Below are positions 11,127 to 25,445 of a DNA stretch of 64,000 nucleotides, piece after piece; within the stretch, counting starts at the first letter, position 1, and the number at the start of each line of letters is the position of its first letter. The stretch lies in the NCBI RefSeq assembly GCF_009914755.1, contig NC_060946.1; one strand, 5' to 3'. The stretch comes from the human T2T-CHM13v2.0 reference genome, Homo sapiens. The notes under the pieces were generated by a model. It had not been told where the DNA came from. It was given only the letters and a program-made list of their open reading frames with translations, and ran no database searches. A program made the position numbers and the translations under genes.

Positions 11127-14100
11127 GTGAGTGTGGACATGTGTCAGTGTGCGTGTGCATGGGAGGAGTGTGTGTGCGCTTGATGACGATGATGGAGCCC
11201 AGTGAGCCACCGTCCGTGGAGTGTCAGAGCCTCCTAGGATGGCCACGCCGAAGGTGCGGAAGGAGGCGGCTGGCCCAGCGTCAGACGTTTCCAGCATCCG
11301 CGGGAGTGAAACGGAGGCTGGTGGGTGGTTGTGATGTGTTTCTTTAAGAATGGATCCTGCAGGTTCTTCTTCCTCCCGGTCTCCGGTGCCGGAAGGAGGA
11401 CACCGCGAGTGTTGCTTGTTTGCTTACAGAGAGTGTGCAGCAGCAGCAGCAGCAGCCCGGGGCCAGCTTTGGGAGGACTAAGGATATTTCAGGGTTTTAA
11501 GCCAGGGGATGACACAGTGGGCTTAAATTCAGAAAAAAAAAAAAAAATGCTTCTGGTGGCAAGGACAGGGAGAGACTGAATAAGTTTGGGGTAAGTGGCA
11601 AAATCAGAGAAAGAAAACCTTCCAGGAGGTCTGAGCCCAGGAAAGCAACCTTAAGGATCCGAGCTGACAAAGTCATCCTGGAGGTGGAGGCATCAGGCCC
11701 AGCTGGAGAGATTGTGAGGGCGAAGAACCTACAGGACCTTTTGTGAAAGAAAAGAAACAAGCTCAGTTTTGAGTATTTTGCATTCTTCACTTGGGGGGAA
11801 AAAGGAGCTATAAAAATTGCAGGCAGGTGTGCATCATGTCTTGGTAATTTCCAAAGGATTGCTTTTAATATGATAGGCACATAAAAGATTTTAAAAGCAA
11901 CTGCTTTACGTGTACATTATCGACTGCTCCTGGAGCCTTATGGCACCAAGGCAGAGCTTTGCCATTAACCACAGCTCCATGGCAGCAGAGTTACGCCGGC
12001 AGGTAGCTGAGGGAACGTGAGGACATCAGAACTGGGGTTCACAGGAGGCAAAAACCTGCAGCTGCTTGTAGGAGGCCTCAGGCTTCCTGCACCCGCCTCT
12101 GTTATCCTGTGGATTGGGGCAGCCAGTACAGCAAAGAGCCGGCCCCCGGAGCCCACAGCCTGCAGGGAGACAGACAGGAAAACAGATGATGAGACGCCCT
12201 CTCATCATAGCAGGCACTATTTTACCACGGCACGGCAGGAAAAGCACTTAGATTTGCTGGGGCATCTGTTGAAATGAGGTAGAGAAGTTTCCTTCTGCAC
12301 AGTCTCCTGAGTTCTTTCCAGGGGAAGTGACGAAGGGGTGACGTTGTTGTTGCTCAGAAATTTCTTGACAGCCTGCTTGGGGCAGAATGTGGGGATCTGA
12401 AGGGTGCAAGCGTGAGCACAATTCTTCATGGATTGTTGTGTGAGATGATGAGAAAGGAACTCACCCATCTTTCTGGAGGGAGGAGGAGACATGGGGGCAG
12501 GGGGGGAGCCAGAGGTGGCAGAAGGTGACACAAGCCCCAGAGTCACCCCTTCTATCATGCCCGATGTCTGTGACGCTGCTGAATTTCCAGCCTGCTTGGC
12601 CGTGAGTGGGTCTGCAGAGAAACCGGTGGGAGCTCCGGCCTTCGGGTATAGCTGGGGGCATGAATGTCTGACCATGCCCATGAGCATGAATGCAGAGAGG
12701 CAGCCAGGAAGATGGGGGTTTGAACAATGTCTCCCAAATTCAGAGAGGCAGAAAGACCCTGGCTGACACCTGAGTTTCTCGTGTTACTTCATGAGGTGTA
12801 GATGATGTGATGATACAAGAATCCACAACTTCTCCAGACAAATCGGTAGGACTAATAAGAGATCCCTGGTTAGATTTTTCATTCACTGAAGTTCCATTTC
12901 ATTCTTTTTTGAATCTATCCATTTTATTGCAGGCAAGTCTTTGATTCCGTCATATTTTTGAAATATTTGCTATACATATTGTGCGTGACAGCCCACATAT
13001 CTGAAGTCTGACTTTGTTCTTTTCTCCTCGTTTCCTGTTTTGGCTGAGTTTTGCTATGTCTGGCTGGCTAGTTTATTTCTACAATTGTGTGATTTTTAGT
13101 TATGAACTCATATGGATTCGATATCTATGGTAGGTCTCTGGGGAAGCAAGCTTTTTCGGGACATGAGAGGGCCTCAAATATTTGGGGAGAATTTTCTCAT
13201 TGTGCCAAATCCAGGGCTGAGAAAGACACTTTTCATGGCTTTCTGCTTCTGTAGGACTGTTCCTCCGTTTCCCACTCATCTTTTCCTTCTGTCTAGCCCT
13301 TCCTGACTCCTGGCTTCATGGGGGTAATTTCCAGTCCAGCTATCAATGACTGGGAAAGAAATATTAACTTTTCCCTAGTTGATTTTAGATGTATTAGCTT
13401 CTTCTTGCTTAACGTTGGTGACTGCTTTATATATTTTTAAGCCAAATTATTATGAGCATACAAATTGATCATTTTTCATCTCCCTTGTTAAACACTTACT
13501 CTTTTCATCCTTTCACTTTTTAAAAACTTAAAAGCAGTATTTTAAATTCAGAAATAATTTTATATATTTATGAGGCTCTAAGGGATGTTTTGATATGTGT
13601 ATACATTGGAGAAAGGTTAACTCAAACTAATTAACATGCCCATCACCTTACCTGCTCATCATTTCCTCACTTTTCATCCAGCTAGGTGGCGTAGGGTACC
13701 ACAAGTTGATTTAATCCTAGCTCCTCTGGGGACATGAAGAACACAAGAGCCATTATTCTGAGGACTCTGCTGGGTCTGAGCCCTTGCTCTTGCCTCCAGG
13801 ACCCACTGGCATTCCTTTCCCTAGCAAAAGGCGGAGGCCTCTGCGGGCTCACGACCCACACAGCCGCACCTGTGAGTTGCATGTTTACAAACGGCCTGTC
13901 TCCTGGAAATAAATCTTTGCACTTTTCTCAGGAAATATAGTCTATAAATCACTGTGACATTTAAGATGAGGATCGCCTCCTCCCGCTCCTCTGCCTCTAA
14001 GTATAGGCCCCCCACGCTTGCTGCAGAGCCTGGGAGGTGGCCAGCCCAACTCTGTCTGGCTGGGGTAGGGACAGTCACTTAGAGTTGAAATCACTGACAT

Positions 14101-14257
14101 CTTCAGATGTCAGCCTTGTCACCACGAAAATGACCTTGCATTGCAATGAGCGGAAAGATGACTTTGTGAAACGTTAAGCAGGTGAGTTGCCCCTGCTTCA
14201 TATTCATCCTGGTCTTAGAATCCCACTGTTGTCACTTTGGCATTCGCTTTTTAACGC

Positions 14258-14664
14258 TGTGATGATTAATTTTATGTGTCACCTTGGCTGGGCTAGGGTG
14301 CCCAGTTGGTTGGTCAAACACCAGTCTAGATGCTGCTGTAAAGTTAATTTTCAGATGTGATTAGCATTTAAATCAGTAGACTTTAAGTGAAGCACATTAC
14401 TCTCCGTCATACAGGTGGGCCTCATTCAATCAGTTGAATTCTTCAAGAGAGAAAAACTGAAGTCCCTTAGAAGGAAAGAGTTCTGCCTTCAGACTGTCTT
14501 TGAACTTAAGACTGTAGCGTCGACTCCTGCCGGAATTTCCAGCCTGCTGGCCAGCTCTGCAGATTCACACTTGCCAGCCTCCACAATCGTGTGAGCCAAT
14601 TCCTTAACTTCTCTTTCTCCGTGTATCCCTTTGGTGCTGCCTCTCTGGGGAGCCCTGACTAATA
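14258..14664 (+). mobile_element. MLT2 (ERV-L) solo LTR, MLT2D-like
   Basis: TGTGATGATTAATTTTATGTGTCA 5' end and CCCTGACTAATA 3' end, matching MLT2 termini. Confidence 0.88.
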
Positions 14665-16136
14665 TGCATGCAGATGATACGGTGCCTGGCATTCTGAATA
14701 CATGCACTAAATCCACCACTTTTCCCCATTTATAGATTTGGATTAACACACTAACTTACTCATATCTGCAAGTATAAATAAAAAAAATTGCTGGTGCCAA
14801 TTTCAAAGTTTTGCCATGAGGTAGCTTGAAGGAATGACATTTTAAGGAATTCGCTCAAGGCCGTAGGACATGCGATCAGGTTGTAATGCCAAGCAACTCT
14901 TATTGGGCCCTCTGCTCTGATGCCCTTCACATCTGCCACCTCAATGGATTAGAGCTCTCCCTGCAGACACCCCTAGCCCCAGCTCCTGCCTATCGTTTCT
15001 TTAACGTGCTCATCACGCTCCAACATGTCATGTATTTACTGGCTAAGTTGCCTTTTTTTATGTGTTTTCCTGGGATAAATGTCAGCTCACAGAACCTAGC
15101 ACCTGGCACATAGTAGAGGCTTAATTCCATATCTGTTGGAATTGATGCAAATAAATGAATTATTGTCAAGAGGGAGGGAGGGAGAGAGAGAGAGAAAGAG
15201 AGAGAGAGCTGTAGCTCAGGGAGTCAAAGTGCAACAGAATGAGTGAATGAGTTTGGGGCTCCGTCAGACCAACTTCAAGTTCCACCTCAGTCACTTGCAA
15301 GGTCATTTAGCCTCTCTGCATCTTGTTCTTCACATCTAGAGTGAGTAGTATGACTTGGAGTTCAGTACTCACCTAGAAAATGAAGAAAAGCACAGACCAC
15401 AAGCCTGGTGTATAGTCCACACTCAGTGTGAAGGGCATGTATTATTTTTGTGGGATCCCATAGCACTCTGCTGGCACCCCGTTGAAAGTACCTTCCCTAC
15501 CTTGGAGTCATTTGTCTTATAGGCACTTTTGTATTTTGTTAATATTTACAGTTGTATTATAAGCCTCTCTTTTTCCCCATTGAGCCTGCTGTGGTGCACT
15601 GCAGGCTGGTGCATACAGAGTGCTCCGTGGATGCTTGCTGAGTGCCTGTGTAAGAGGGTGGACCGATGATGGGTCTAGTGGGTTGCATGGCTGGCTTTCT
15701 CCATCCATTTATTTAGATGTGCGTTGCCCTGTGTGGCAATACTCTGATGGTAGATCTTAGGCAAAACTCAATTTACAGAGGACCCAAGGGTAAAAATCCA
15801 AGTCACAGCTGTACTTTGACACCAGTGATAAGCGACTTAGAGCAGCATACTACCCTTTACACAATTTTCAAAGTCATCATTCAGTTTAGTCCCCATGAGC
15901 TAGATCTGATCATTATTTCTAGGTGGTGAAACAGTGATGTACGGCTATTTGGCAGTGAATTAGAGTCCCAGGTCAGCTTGAGTGTGGCTGTGAGAGGAGC
16001 TGTGGCTCTGGGTGGCATGTTCCCCTGCACCTTGGACGTCATGCTCCTGGGGCAGAGGTATGAATGAAGGAAGGCGGACTTTCCTCTCTAGCCCAGAGCT
16101 AAGGATGACTGCACTATAGGGAAACTGTTGGGAGGG

Positions 16137-16499
16137 TGCTTGGTCTGAAGGTTTGTGTCCCTTGAAATTCACATGTTGAAACTATAACCCCAAAGTGATC
16201 ATATGGGGTGGTGGTGGGGTTGGGAGGTGATTAAGTCATAAGGGTGGAGCCGTCATGAATGGGTTTGGCCCCCTTGTAAAATAGACCCCAGAGAGCTCTC
16301 TAGCCCTTTTTCCACTATGTGGAGACACAGCAAGAAGACAGCCATCTATCAGCCAGGAAGTGGGCCCTCTTCAGACACTGAATCTTCTGGCACATTAATC
16401 TTAGACTTCCCAGCTTCCACAACTGTCAGAAATAAATGGTTGTTGTTTAAGCCACCAGTCTATGGTATTTTGTTATAGCATCCAGAACTGACTAAGACA
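16137..16499 (+). mobile_element. MLT1A-type MaLR solo LTR
   Basis: TG...GACTAAGACA termini; AAATAAAT..TTGTTTAAGCCACCAGTCTATGGTATTTTGTTATAGCA; flanks GAGGG/GAGAG. Confidence 0.85.
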
Positions 16500-16531
16500 G
16501 AGAGGAACATAAATTGAGCAGGAAAGGGAAT

Positions 16532-16915
16532 TGCTATGAACTGACTGTGAGTGTCTCCCCCAAAATTCATATGCTGAAGCTCTAATTCCCAAGGTGAGAG
16601 TATTTGGAGGAGGGGCCTTTGGGAGGTAATCAGATTTAGATGAGGTCTTGAGGGTAGAGTCCCTATGATGGGTCCCCATAATGGGATTAGTTTCCTTATG
16701 AAAGGTGACAAGACCCTTTCTCTCTCCTTCATGTGAGGACACAGCAGGAAGGCAGCCATCTGTGAGCCAGAAAGTGAGCCCTCACCTGATGGCCAAGCCT
16801 GCTGATGCTTTGGTTTTGGACTTTCCAGCCTCCAGAATGGTGAGAAGTGAATTTCCACTGTTTAAACTCCCCAGTTTGTATTGTCTTATTGTAGCAGACT
16901 CAACTGATTAAGACA
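16532..16915 (+). mobile_element. Second MLT1A/B-type MaLR solo LTR
   Basis: TGCTATG..CCCCCAAAATTCATATG..GATTAAGACA; flanks GGAAT/GGACT. Confidence 0.85.
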
Positions 16916-18110
16916 GGACTCTAGGGGAGAAGAAGAAAGATGGCGCAGATAAAAGTGAGGGAAGGAAGAAGGGAAAGCAGATCTTCGGAAGAAAGAGGCC
17001 GTAATTTTGGACACTGGATGTTAACCTTAGAAGAGGAAGCCCTGGGACTGTGAAGCCACAGAGGCACTCTGACCCACTCTTTCTTTCGAATAATACTGGA
17101 AAATCATCTCACTTAAACTAGCAATAAAAGCTTGTGACTAAATGCAAAGTTAGTATAAAAAAAGGAACAATTAGCATAATAATATCCCTACAGACACTAA
17201 GGCACAACAGAAAGATATGGTCACAATAAACCAAAAACTTTAATCTTTCAAAAACAATATGTTGTTCTTTTACAAATAACAGAATTTGTGAAAGAATAGC
17301 ATCTATCAGAATTAAAGTAACACATAAATAAGGTGACTGGATAAGTAGATGACAAATAGAGCTCACAGAATTTAGTAAATGACTAGAAATAAAAGAAACA
17401 TCATTTTAGAACAAGAGAGATGAAATCAGAGGAAATACAAAAGTAAATAACCATCACATATAATATCAACAGATAAATATAAAATGTAAAAAAGGAAGTA
17501 TTTTAAAAGAAGGAAAATTAAGAAAGACATTAAAAATATTTGAAAGTAATAATATAGAAGACTAGAAGATTCAACATATGTATAATTGGAGATGCTGAGG
17601 CAGAAGCCAAAACACGGGACAGAATGAATACTAAAGCCAATACTTATAAAACAAAGCTTCCTTAAATGAAAAAAAAAAATAAAATAAAAACTTAAATATT
17701 GGGAAAGAACATACTCCATTTGGGAAATTCCACCTGAACGGTCAATACAAAAGCATATTCTAGTAAATTATTGGGCTTTAGATTGAAATCCAATTATTTG
17801 GGCATTCATGTAAAAAGATACAGAATCTTACAGAGGAAAGAGAATCAGGCTGCATCAGACTTTTTGACAGCAAGTCTTTATACCAGAAAAAAAAAATGGA
17901 GAAACAGATTTAAGATACTCAAGGAAAACAATGTGAGCCAACCAGCCAGACTGACTTTCAGGCATACATCCATATAAAAACTCAGAGAATATTATTCCTA
18001 TGAAGCCCTCCTGAAATGTCTAGTACCCCACACTAACTATCCATATTTCTACCACCACTTTGCCCTCATTTTTGTTACATGAAGCTGTTTCTTAGTTAAT
18101 GTGGGGTACC

Positions 18111-18286
18111 AGCACCCAGAGATGCTAGTTAGCTGGTGTACTAGGACCCAGAGAACTACTTAGCATGGTGTAACAGCACCCAGAGAACTACTTAGCATGA
18201 TGTACTAGCACGCAGAAAACTACTTAGCATGGCGTAACAGCACCCAGAGAACTACTTAGCATGGTGTAACAGCACCCAGAGAACTA
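18111..18286. repeat. 32-bp minisatellite, about 5.5 copies
   Basis: Unit AGCACCCAGAGAACTACTTAGCATGGTGTAAC at 18111, 18143, 18175, 18207, 18239 and 18271 (partial). Confidence 0.93.
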
Positions 18287-18445
18287 GTACCGAATGGTGA
18301 CTTTGAGGAAAGCATGCAGTATGTAATGGCTATATGCTTTAACAACGTAATACCTGGAAAATTATCAAAATTGGGGGTGAAAGGAAGAGGGGAATATGTA
18401 AAAAGTGGAGTAATCTGACTGAGTATAAGTACTAACTGAGAAAGA

Positions 18446-18767
<322 letters not shown>

Positions 18768-21700
18768 CTAGATGCTGAAAGACATGAGAGAAAAAGCAAA
18801 TAGAAAAAGCAAGTTGAGTGTTGTATGCAGTAAGTGAATATCTGTGTATGTGTGTGATATGACATATATGTGCAAGTGTCATATGACTGTGGCAGACTGA
18901 AGACAAAGACATTGATTATAGTGATAAATAATACATAAAATGGGCTTAATATAAATGGAAGAAATATTATTTTCAGATTGATGAACAAAGTGAAATCCAA
19001 GTCTGTGCTATGTACATGAGACGTGCCTAAAATAAAGAAATTTAGAAAACAAAGTACAAATTAAGATATCTGGGAAAAATGTGAACAAAAAGAAAGCAGG
19101 TGTAACAGCCATGCTGTCTAACAAAGTAGATGTTAGAGCTCACGGCATTAAAAGAGATTTAAAAGGAGGTGTTTTCATAACACTGAAGCTACAATTCACT
19201 ATGAAGGTATCACAGTTATTAATATACATGTGCCCAATAATACAGTCACTTTCAAAGAGTAAAAAGTGCAGGAGATACAAGGAGAAAGGATAAAATTATA
19301 CTCAGGGCTGGAGAATTCACCACACCACTCTCTATCCAAGACAAACCGTTAGTAAGAAGATAGAAGACTTCAGTGACATGGCCAATGAGGCAGATCCTAC
19401 AGAAGTATATTGAACTCTGAACTCTGATAATTGAGAATATGGCTGCTTTTTAAAAGTGCATGAAATATCTCCCAAATTGACCATATCTTATGCTACAAAG
19501 AGAATCTCATTAAATCCAAAGCATAGAAATAATACAATCAGCCTTCTCCTACCACAAGCAATAGAACTAGAAGCTAATTGTAGCATTAACAAAACAAAAA
19601 GATTTGCCCACTAAACATGTTATTAAACAACTCTTGGAACAGCAAAATAAAATAAAGACAAAATAAAGAATGAAATGACAGAATTTCCTAAAAATAGAAT
19701 TTATAGAATATGGCTAAAGCAGTTATAAAAGAATAATTTTAGACAAATAAAAATTAATATTATTAAAAATGCAAAAAGGAAAATAAATGAATTAATATCC
19801 AACACAAAAAACTAGAAAAGAAACAAGACAGTAAACAGAAAGCAGCAAAAAGAAGTAACAAAAGTACTAATGAGTTCAAACGAGTTGGTACAAATGCAAT
19901 AGAACCAGAAATACATCCAAAATCTGTTCGTAGACAAACTGTGAGGCCATCTAAAAAAAATTCTGGTGAGGTTTGGGAGAAAGAGGCACAAATATAAAAA
20001 ACTTAGAAATGACAAATGCATCAAATCCAGAAGAATTTATTTTTTTTAATCATAAGATTACTTTGTAGAATTGTATGTAAATAAAGTAAAATACCAAGAT
20101 AGGATAATTTTCTAGAAAACTGCAAAGTACCCAAACTGACCCCATTAAAGCGAGAATCTAAACAGGCCAGTTACCATTAAAGAAATAGAGGAGGTAGTTA
20201 AAGAGCACTAACTCCTTTCAAACCCCAATTACCACAGAGGAAATATACCAAGTTTTAATTAGATCAGTTAATAGCAATGATACTTAAATAATTTCAGAGT
20301 ATAGGGAAAAATGGAGAACATCCAAATTCTTTTTATGAAGCAAGTAAAACCTCTATAATATGACAGAACTTTTACTATAAGACAAAAGTACTAACTAACT
20401 TCACTTATGAACATAGATGCACAAAGGTCTTAGCTAAAATGTAATTAAGCAGAAGCAAACAGCATGTAACAAAATAATGCATCAAGACCAGGTGGTTGTT
20501 TTACCAGGAACAGGAAGATGGTTCAATATGAGAAAATATATTAATATAATCCATCAAATGAATATAGCTAAGCAGAAATGTCATCTGGTCACTTCAAAAA
20601 TAGAAGAGGCATTTTATGTAATCAAGCATATTCATGTTAAAAACACTTGATAAAAATAGCAATTGATGTATCCAGAAGTTAGCATACTACTCAATGGCAA
20701 ACAAATATGTCCTCTGGCTAAAGACAGGAGGAAAACAAGAATGCCTGAATCTCTTATGCCATCTAGGATTGTGTTGAAAATATTAGACAGTGCAATTAGC
20801 CAAGAGAAAGGAGTCAGAGGCACAGGCACTAGAAAAGCAGAGGAAAAAATAAAACCATCTCTGTTTGCAGATGAGAAAATTACGTAGCTTGAAAATCCCC
20901 CCAAAAATCAAAGGAAAACTATTACCACCCCCAGAAGAGAGAGAGAGAGAGAGAGAGAGAATTGCTAAAAATGGCATATTATAAAATCAACAATTTGCAC
21001 ATCAGTAAGAACTTTTGCTTCCAGGAAGATGGATAATTTTCCCTATTTCTTCTACTAATTTCAACTACCTACTGTGGACATTATACATAGAACAAACCTA
21101 GGACGACTCCCAAGGTGCAGAGGGAAAAACAGGCTGACCTCAGCACCCAAGAAACAGCTTGGTGGTGAGTTTCCTGGGTTTTCTTTTGTCTTCATAGTTC
21201 CTGGATTTGAAACTGAAGAAGCAAGCAATCTGGAAATGTCAGTGGATGCACACAAAGAAACAACCGCAAAAGCCTGCTCGCTCTAGCCAAGGGACAAGAA
21301 TAGGGGCAGTCCATCAAGACAGAATCCTTTTAAAAAATAACCACTCCACTCCAGCAATACCACAGAAGAATCTGGCTGTACCCCAGGTACATCAGCAAAG
21401 ATAACCTTTACCTAGCAGTAAAGAGGTCCCCCTTACACTGGGAGCCCTAGTGAAGAGCAGGGACTTTCACCCCCACCTAGCAGTGATGGGGCCCCACCCA
21501 CCACAGTGCCAGCAGAGACCATGTGGGAGCCAGAATCCTCATCCCTACCCAGCAGTAACAAGGAGCCCTCCTCACTGTGGGCATCAAGGGTGAGTGAGTG
21601 CAAAACCTGGGTGTCACTCGGAAGGGAAGAATGGTGTCTCCTTCCTTCCCATCCCCTGCCAGAGTGATATCACTAGGAAAAAGAAAATAATTTATCACCA

Positions 21701-22023
21701 GCAAATCTACCCTACAGCTAAAACAGAGGGCTTAAGTTAGGCCCAGAATCTCATGACATAATACGAAAATGTCCAGAATTTAATAGAAAATCACTTATTC
21801 TACTAAAAATGGAGAGGATCACACAATGGGTGAAAAGACAATCAGTGCATGCCATACAAATTGACAGAGATGTTGGAATTATTTGACAAAGGTTTTAAAA
21901 CAGCGATGAAAATGCTTCAATAAACAATTACGAACACACTTAAACAAAGGAAAACAAAGAAAGCCTCAGCAAAGAAATAGAAAGCCTCAGCAAGGCAATA
22001 GAGATATAAAGAAAAAAAAATGA

Positions 22024-22395
<372 letters not shown>

Positions 22396-24374
22396 TGAAA
22401 TGAGCTCAACAGCAGAATGAAATGGACACAGGAAAGAACTGCGAAATGGAAGATGGAACAATGGAAATAATCCAACCCGAACAACATGGAGAAAGTAGAA
22501 GAATAATAAAACAACAACAAGAACAGCAACAACAAAAAGTGAACCAGCGCCTCAGGGACTTCTGGGATTATAAGAAAAGTCTAAATTTTGTGTCATTTTG
22601 TCCCTGCAGGAGAGGTGAAAGGGGGAGAGGCTGAAAAGTACATGAAGAAATAATGGCTGAAAATGACCCAAATTGTTAAGATACATAAACCTGCAGATTC
22701 AAGAAGCTGAAAGATGCTCCAACAGGATAAACCTAAAGAAATCTATGCCAACATGCATCATAATTAAACTTCTGCAAAGCAAAAAACAAAACATTTCTGA
22801 AAACAGCCAGGGGAAAAGAACACCCAACCTGGAAGGGAAAAACAATTCGAATGACAGTGGATTTGTCATCAGAAACCATGGAAGCCAGGAGGAAATGACA
22901 CAATATTTTTCAGCTACTAAGAGCAAAAAACTGTCATCCCAAAATTCTATACCCATAAAAATATCTTTCAAGAAGGAAGGAGAAATGAAGACATTCTCAG
23001 ATGAAGGAAAACTGAGAGAATGTATCAGCAGCAGACCTATCCTAACAAAATAGCTAAAAAGAGTTCTCTAAACAGAAAGGAAATGATAAAAAGGAACCTT
23101 ACAACATCAAGAAGAAAAAATGATGAGCAAAGTAAATAAAAATATGAATAAATATAGTAGGCAGTTTCTTTTTCCTCTTGAGTCTTATAAATTACACTTG
23201 ATGGTTGAAGCAAAAATTATGATATCATTTGATATGGTTCTAAATATATGCAGAGGATATATTTATGACAATTATTGAAAGTAATGGCAAAAACTGTAAT
23301 TATTTTGCACCAACCTAATATAAACTGGGGAAATGAAGGTTCTTAAAGATAGGCAAGAGTTCTTTATTTGACTCCACCTAATAAAAGGATAACACCAATA
23401 GCCTGTGATACTATGTAAATATAATATAGTACCTACATCAACCACTAAAAATGCTGTACAGAGAGGCACATTTTAAACACTACAGATACATCAAAATGGA
23501 ATTGTAAAAATATTCAAGTAATCTGTAAGAAGGCAGAAAAATGTAAATGACCCCGGAAAGAGAGAGAGAAAACAAGAAAAAAAAGAAATAAAGAATTAAA
23601 ATAGCAGAGTTAAGCCCTAAAATATTAATAATTACATTAATGTGTAAATTAAATACACTAAAATACAGAAAGTGATAGGATGGATTAAAAAGCATGACCC
23701 AATTATATGTTGTCTATAAGAAACTCACTTCAAATGTTGTAATATAGGCAGGTTACAAGATAGAATGTATCCTTCACCATAAAACAAATCTCAACAATTT
23801 TAAAAATAATTAAAGTCATGCACTTGTTCTTTGATCACAGTGGACTCAAACTAGGTTATGAATAACAGCACAATAACAGAAAAATCTCCAAACACTAGGA
23901 AACAAAACAACATACTTCTAAATAATCCATGGGTGAAAGAAGAAGTCTCGGGGGAAATAAAAATACTTTGAACTGAATAAAAATGAAAATAGAATTGTTG
24001 GGATACAGCTAAAGCAGTTATGAGAGAGAAATGTATGACACTAACTGCATATGTTAACAGAGATGAAAAGTCTCAAATAAGTAACCTAAGCTCCCAGCTC
24101 AAGAACTGAAAAATAGAAGAGCAAAATAAAAAAAAAAAAACACATAGAGATAATAAAGATGAGAGCAGAAATTTTTAAAAAGTGGAATGTAGTAAAGATA
24201 CCAATTTTACTCAAATTGATATATAGGTTTAACGCAATGCCTATCCATCTCAGCAATATTTTTTGTAGATATAGACAAGATTATTCTAAAATGTATATGG
24301 AAAGGCAAAGGCACTAAAATTGCTGAAACAATTTTAAAAAGGAGAACAAAGTGAGAGGAATCAGTCTACCCAAT

Positions 24375-25445
24375 TTTCATTTTAATTGTGATAAAATACA
24401 TATAACATAAAATGTACCATCTTAGCCACTTCCCAGTGTATAGTAGTGCTAAGTATATTCACATTGTTTTACAACCAATCTCTAGAACTCTTTTTATCTT
24501 GCAAAACTGAAACTCTATACCTGTTAAACAACAACTCTTGAACCCTCCCTGCCCCCAACCCCTGGCAACCACCATTCTGTTTTCTGACTATAAATTTGAC
24601 TACAGTAGTCCCCCCTTATCTGAAGGACATACATTCCAAGATCCCCGGGAGATGCCTATAACTACAGATAATACCAAACCCTATATATACTATGTTTCTT
24701 CTATCTGATAACTGAGACAGATATGAAGTGACTAGCAGGTGGGTAGCACATACAGCATGGATATGCTGGACAAAGGGATGATTCACATCTGGGCAGGGAC
24801 AACATGAGATTTCATCATGCTACTCAGAATGGCACATGTGACTTATGAGTTGCCTGTTTCTGGGATTTTTCATTTAGTATTTTTGAACTGTGGTTGGCTG
24901 CTCGTAACTGAAACCATGGAAAGCAAAACAGCAGATAAAGGGGGACTTCTGGACTCTATGGACCTCATATAAGTGGAATCATGTAGTGTTTGTCTTTTTG
25001 AGACTGGCTTATTTCACTTAACGTAATGTTCACAAGATTCATCCACGTGGTAGCATGTGTCAGAATGTCCATCCTTTTCAAAGGCTGAATCGTATTCCAT
25101 GGTCTGTATACATTATTTTGTTTTTCCGCTCATCTAATGAGGGGCATTTGGGTTGCTTCCACTTTTTAGCTATTGGGAGTAGTGCTGGCATAAACATGGC
25201 TGTGCAAATATCTATTTGAGTCCCCCCTCTTCCCCAGTTTCTGGAGTATATGCCCAGAAGTGGAATCCCTGGATCATATGGTAATAATTCTATATTTACT
25301 TTTTAAGGAACTGCCATACTGTTTTCCATAGCAGCTGCAGCATTTTGCATTCCTACCAACAGTGTGCAAGGGTTCCAACTTCTCCTCATCCTTGCCAACA
25401 CTTGTTATTTTCTGCATTTTTGATAATAGTCGTACTAATGGGTAT
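24375..25445 (-). mobile_element. L1MA/MB 3' fragment, antisense, nested in L1
   Basis: CTCATATAAGTGGAATCATG..GACTGGCTTATTTCACTTA..GGGCATTTGGGTTGCTTCCAC..CCAACACTTGTTATT, typical of a reversed L1 3' end. Confidence 0.85.
24603..24951 (-). mobile_element. MER44A-like (Tigger7-derived) TcMar DNA transposon
   Basis: TIRs CAGTAGTCCCCCCTTATC and GATAAAGGGGGACTTCTG; preceded by TA. Confidence 0.85.

Noticed and set aside
16137-16915. Single provirus with deleted interior
   Set aside because: Each LTR has its own TSD-like flanks and the outer flanks do not match
18111-18286. CRISPR-like array (32-bp repeats)
   Set aside because: Units are head-to-tail with no unique spacers, there are no cas genes, and the context is primate DNA
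22673-23053. 126-aa ORF as a host gene
   Set aside because: Fragment of decayed L1 ORF1p with no ATG start and disrupted flanks
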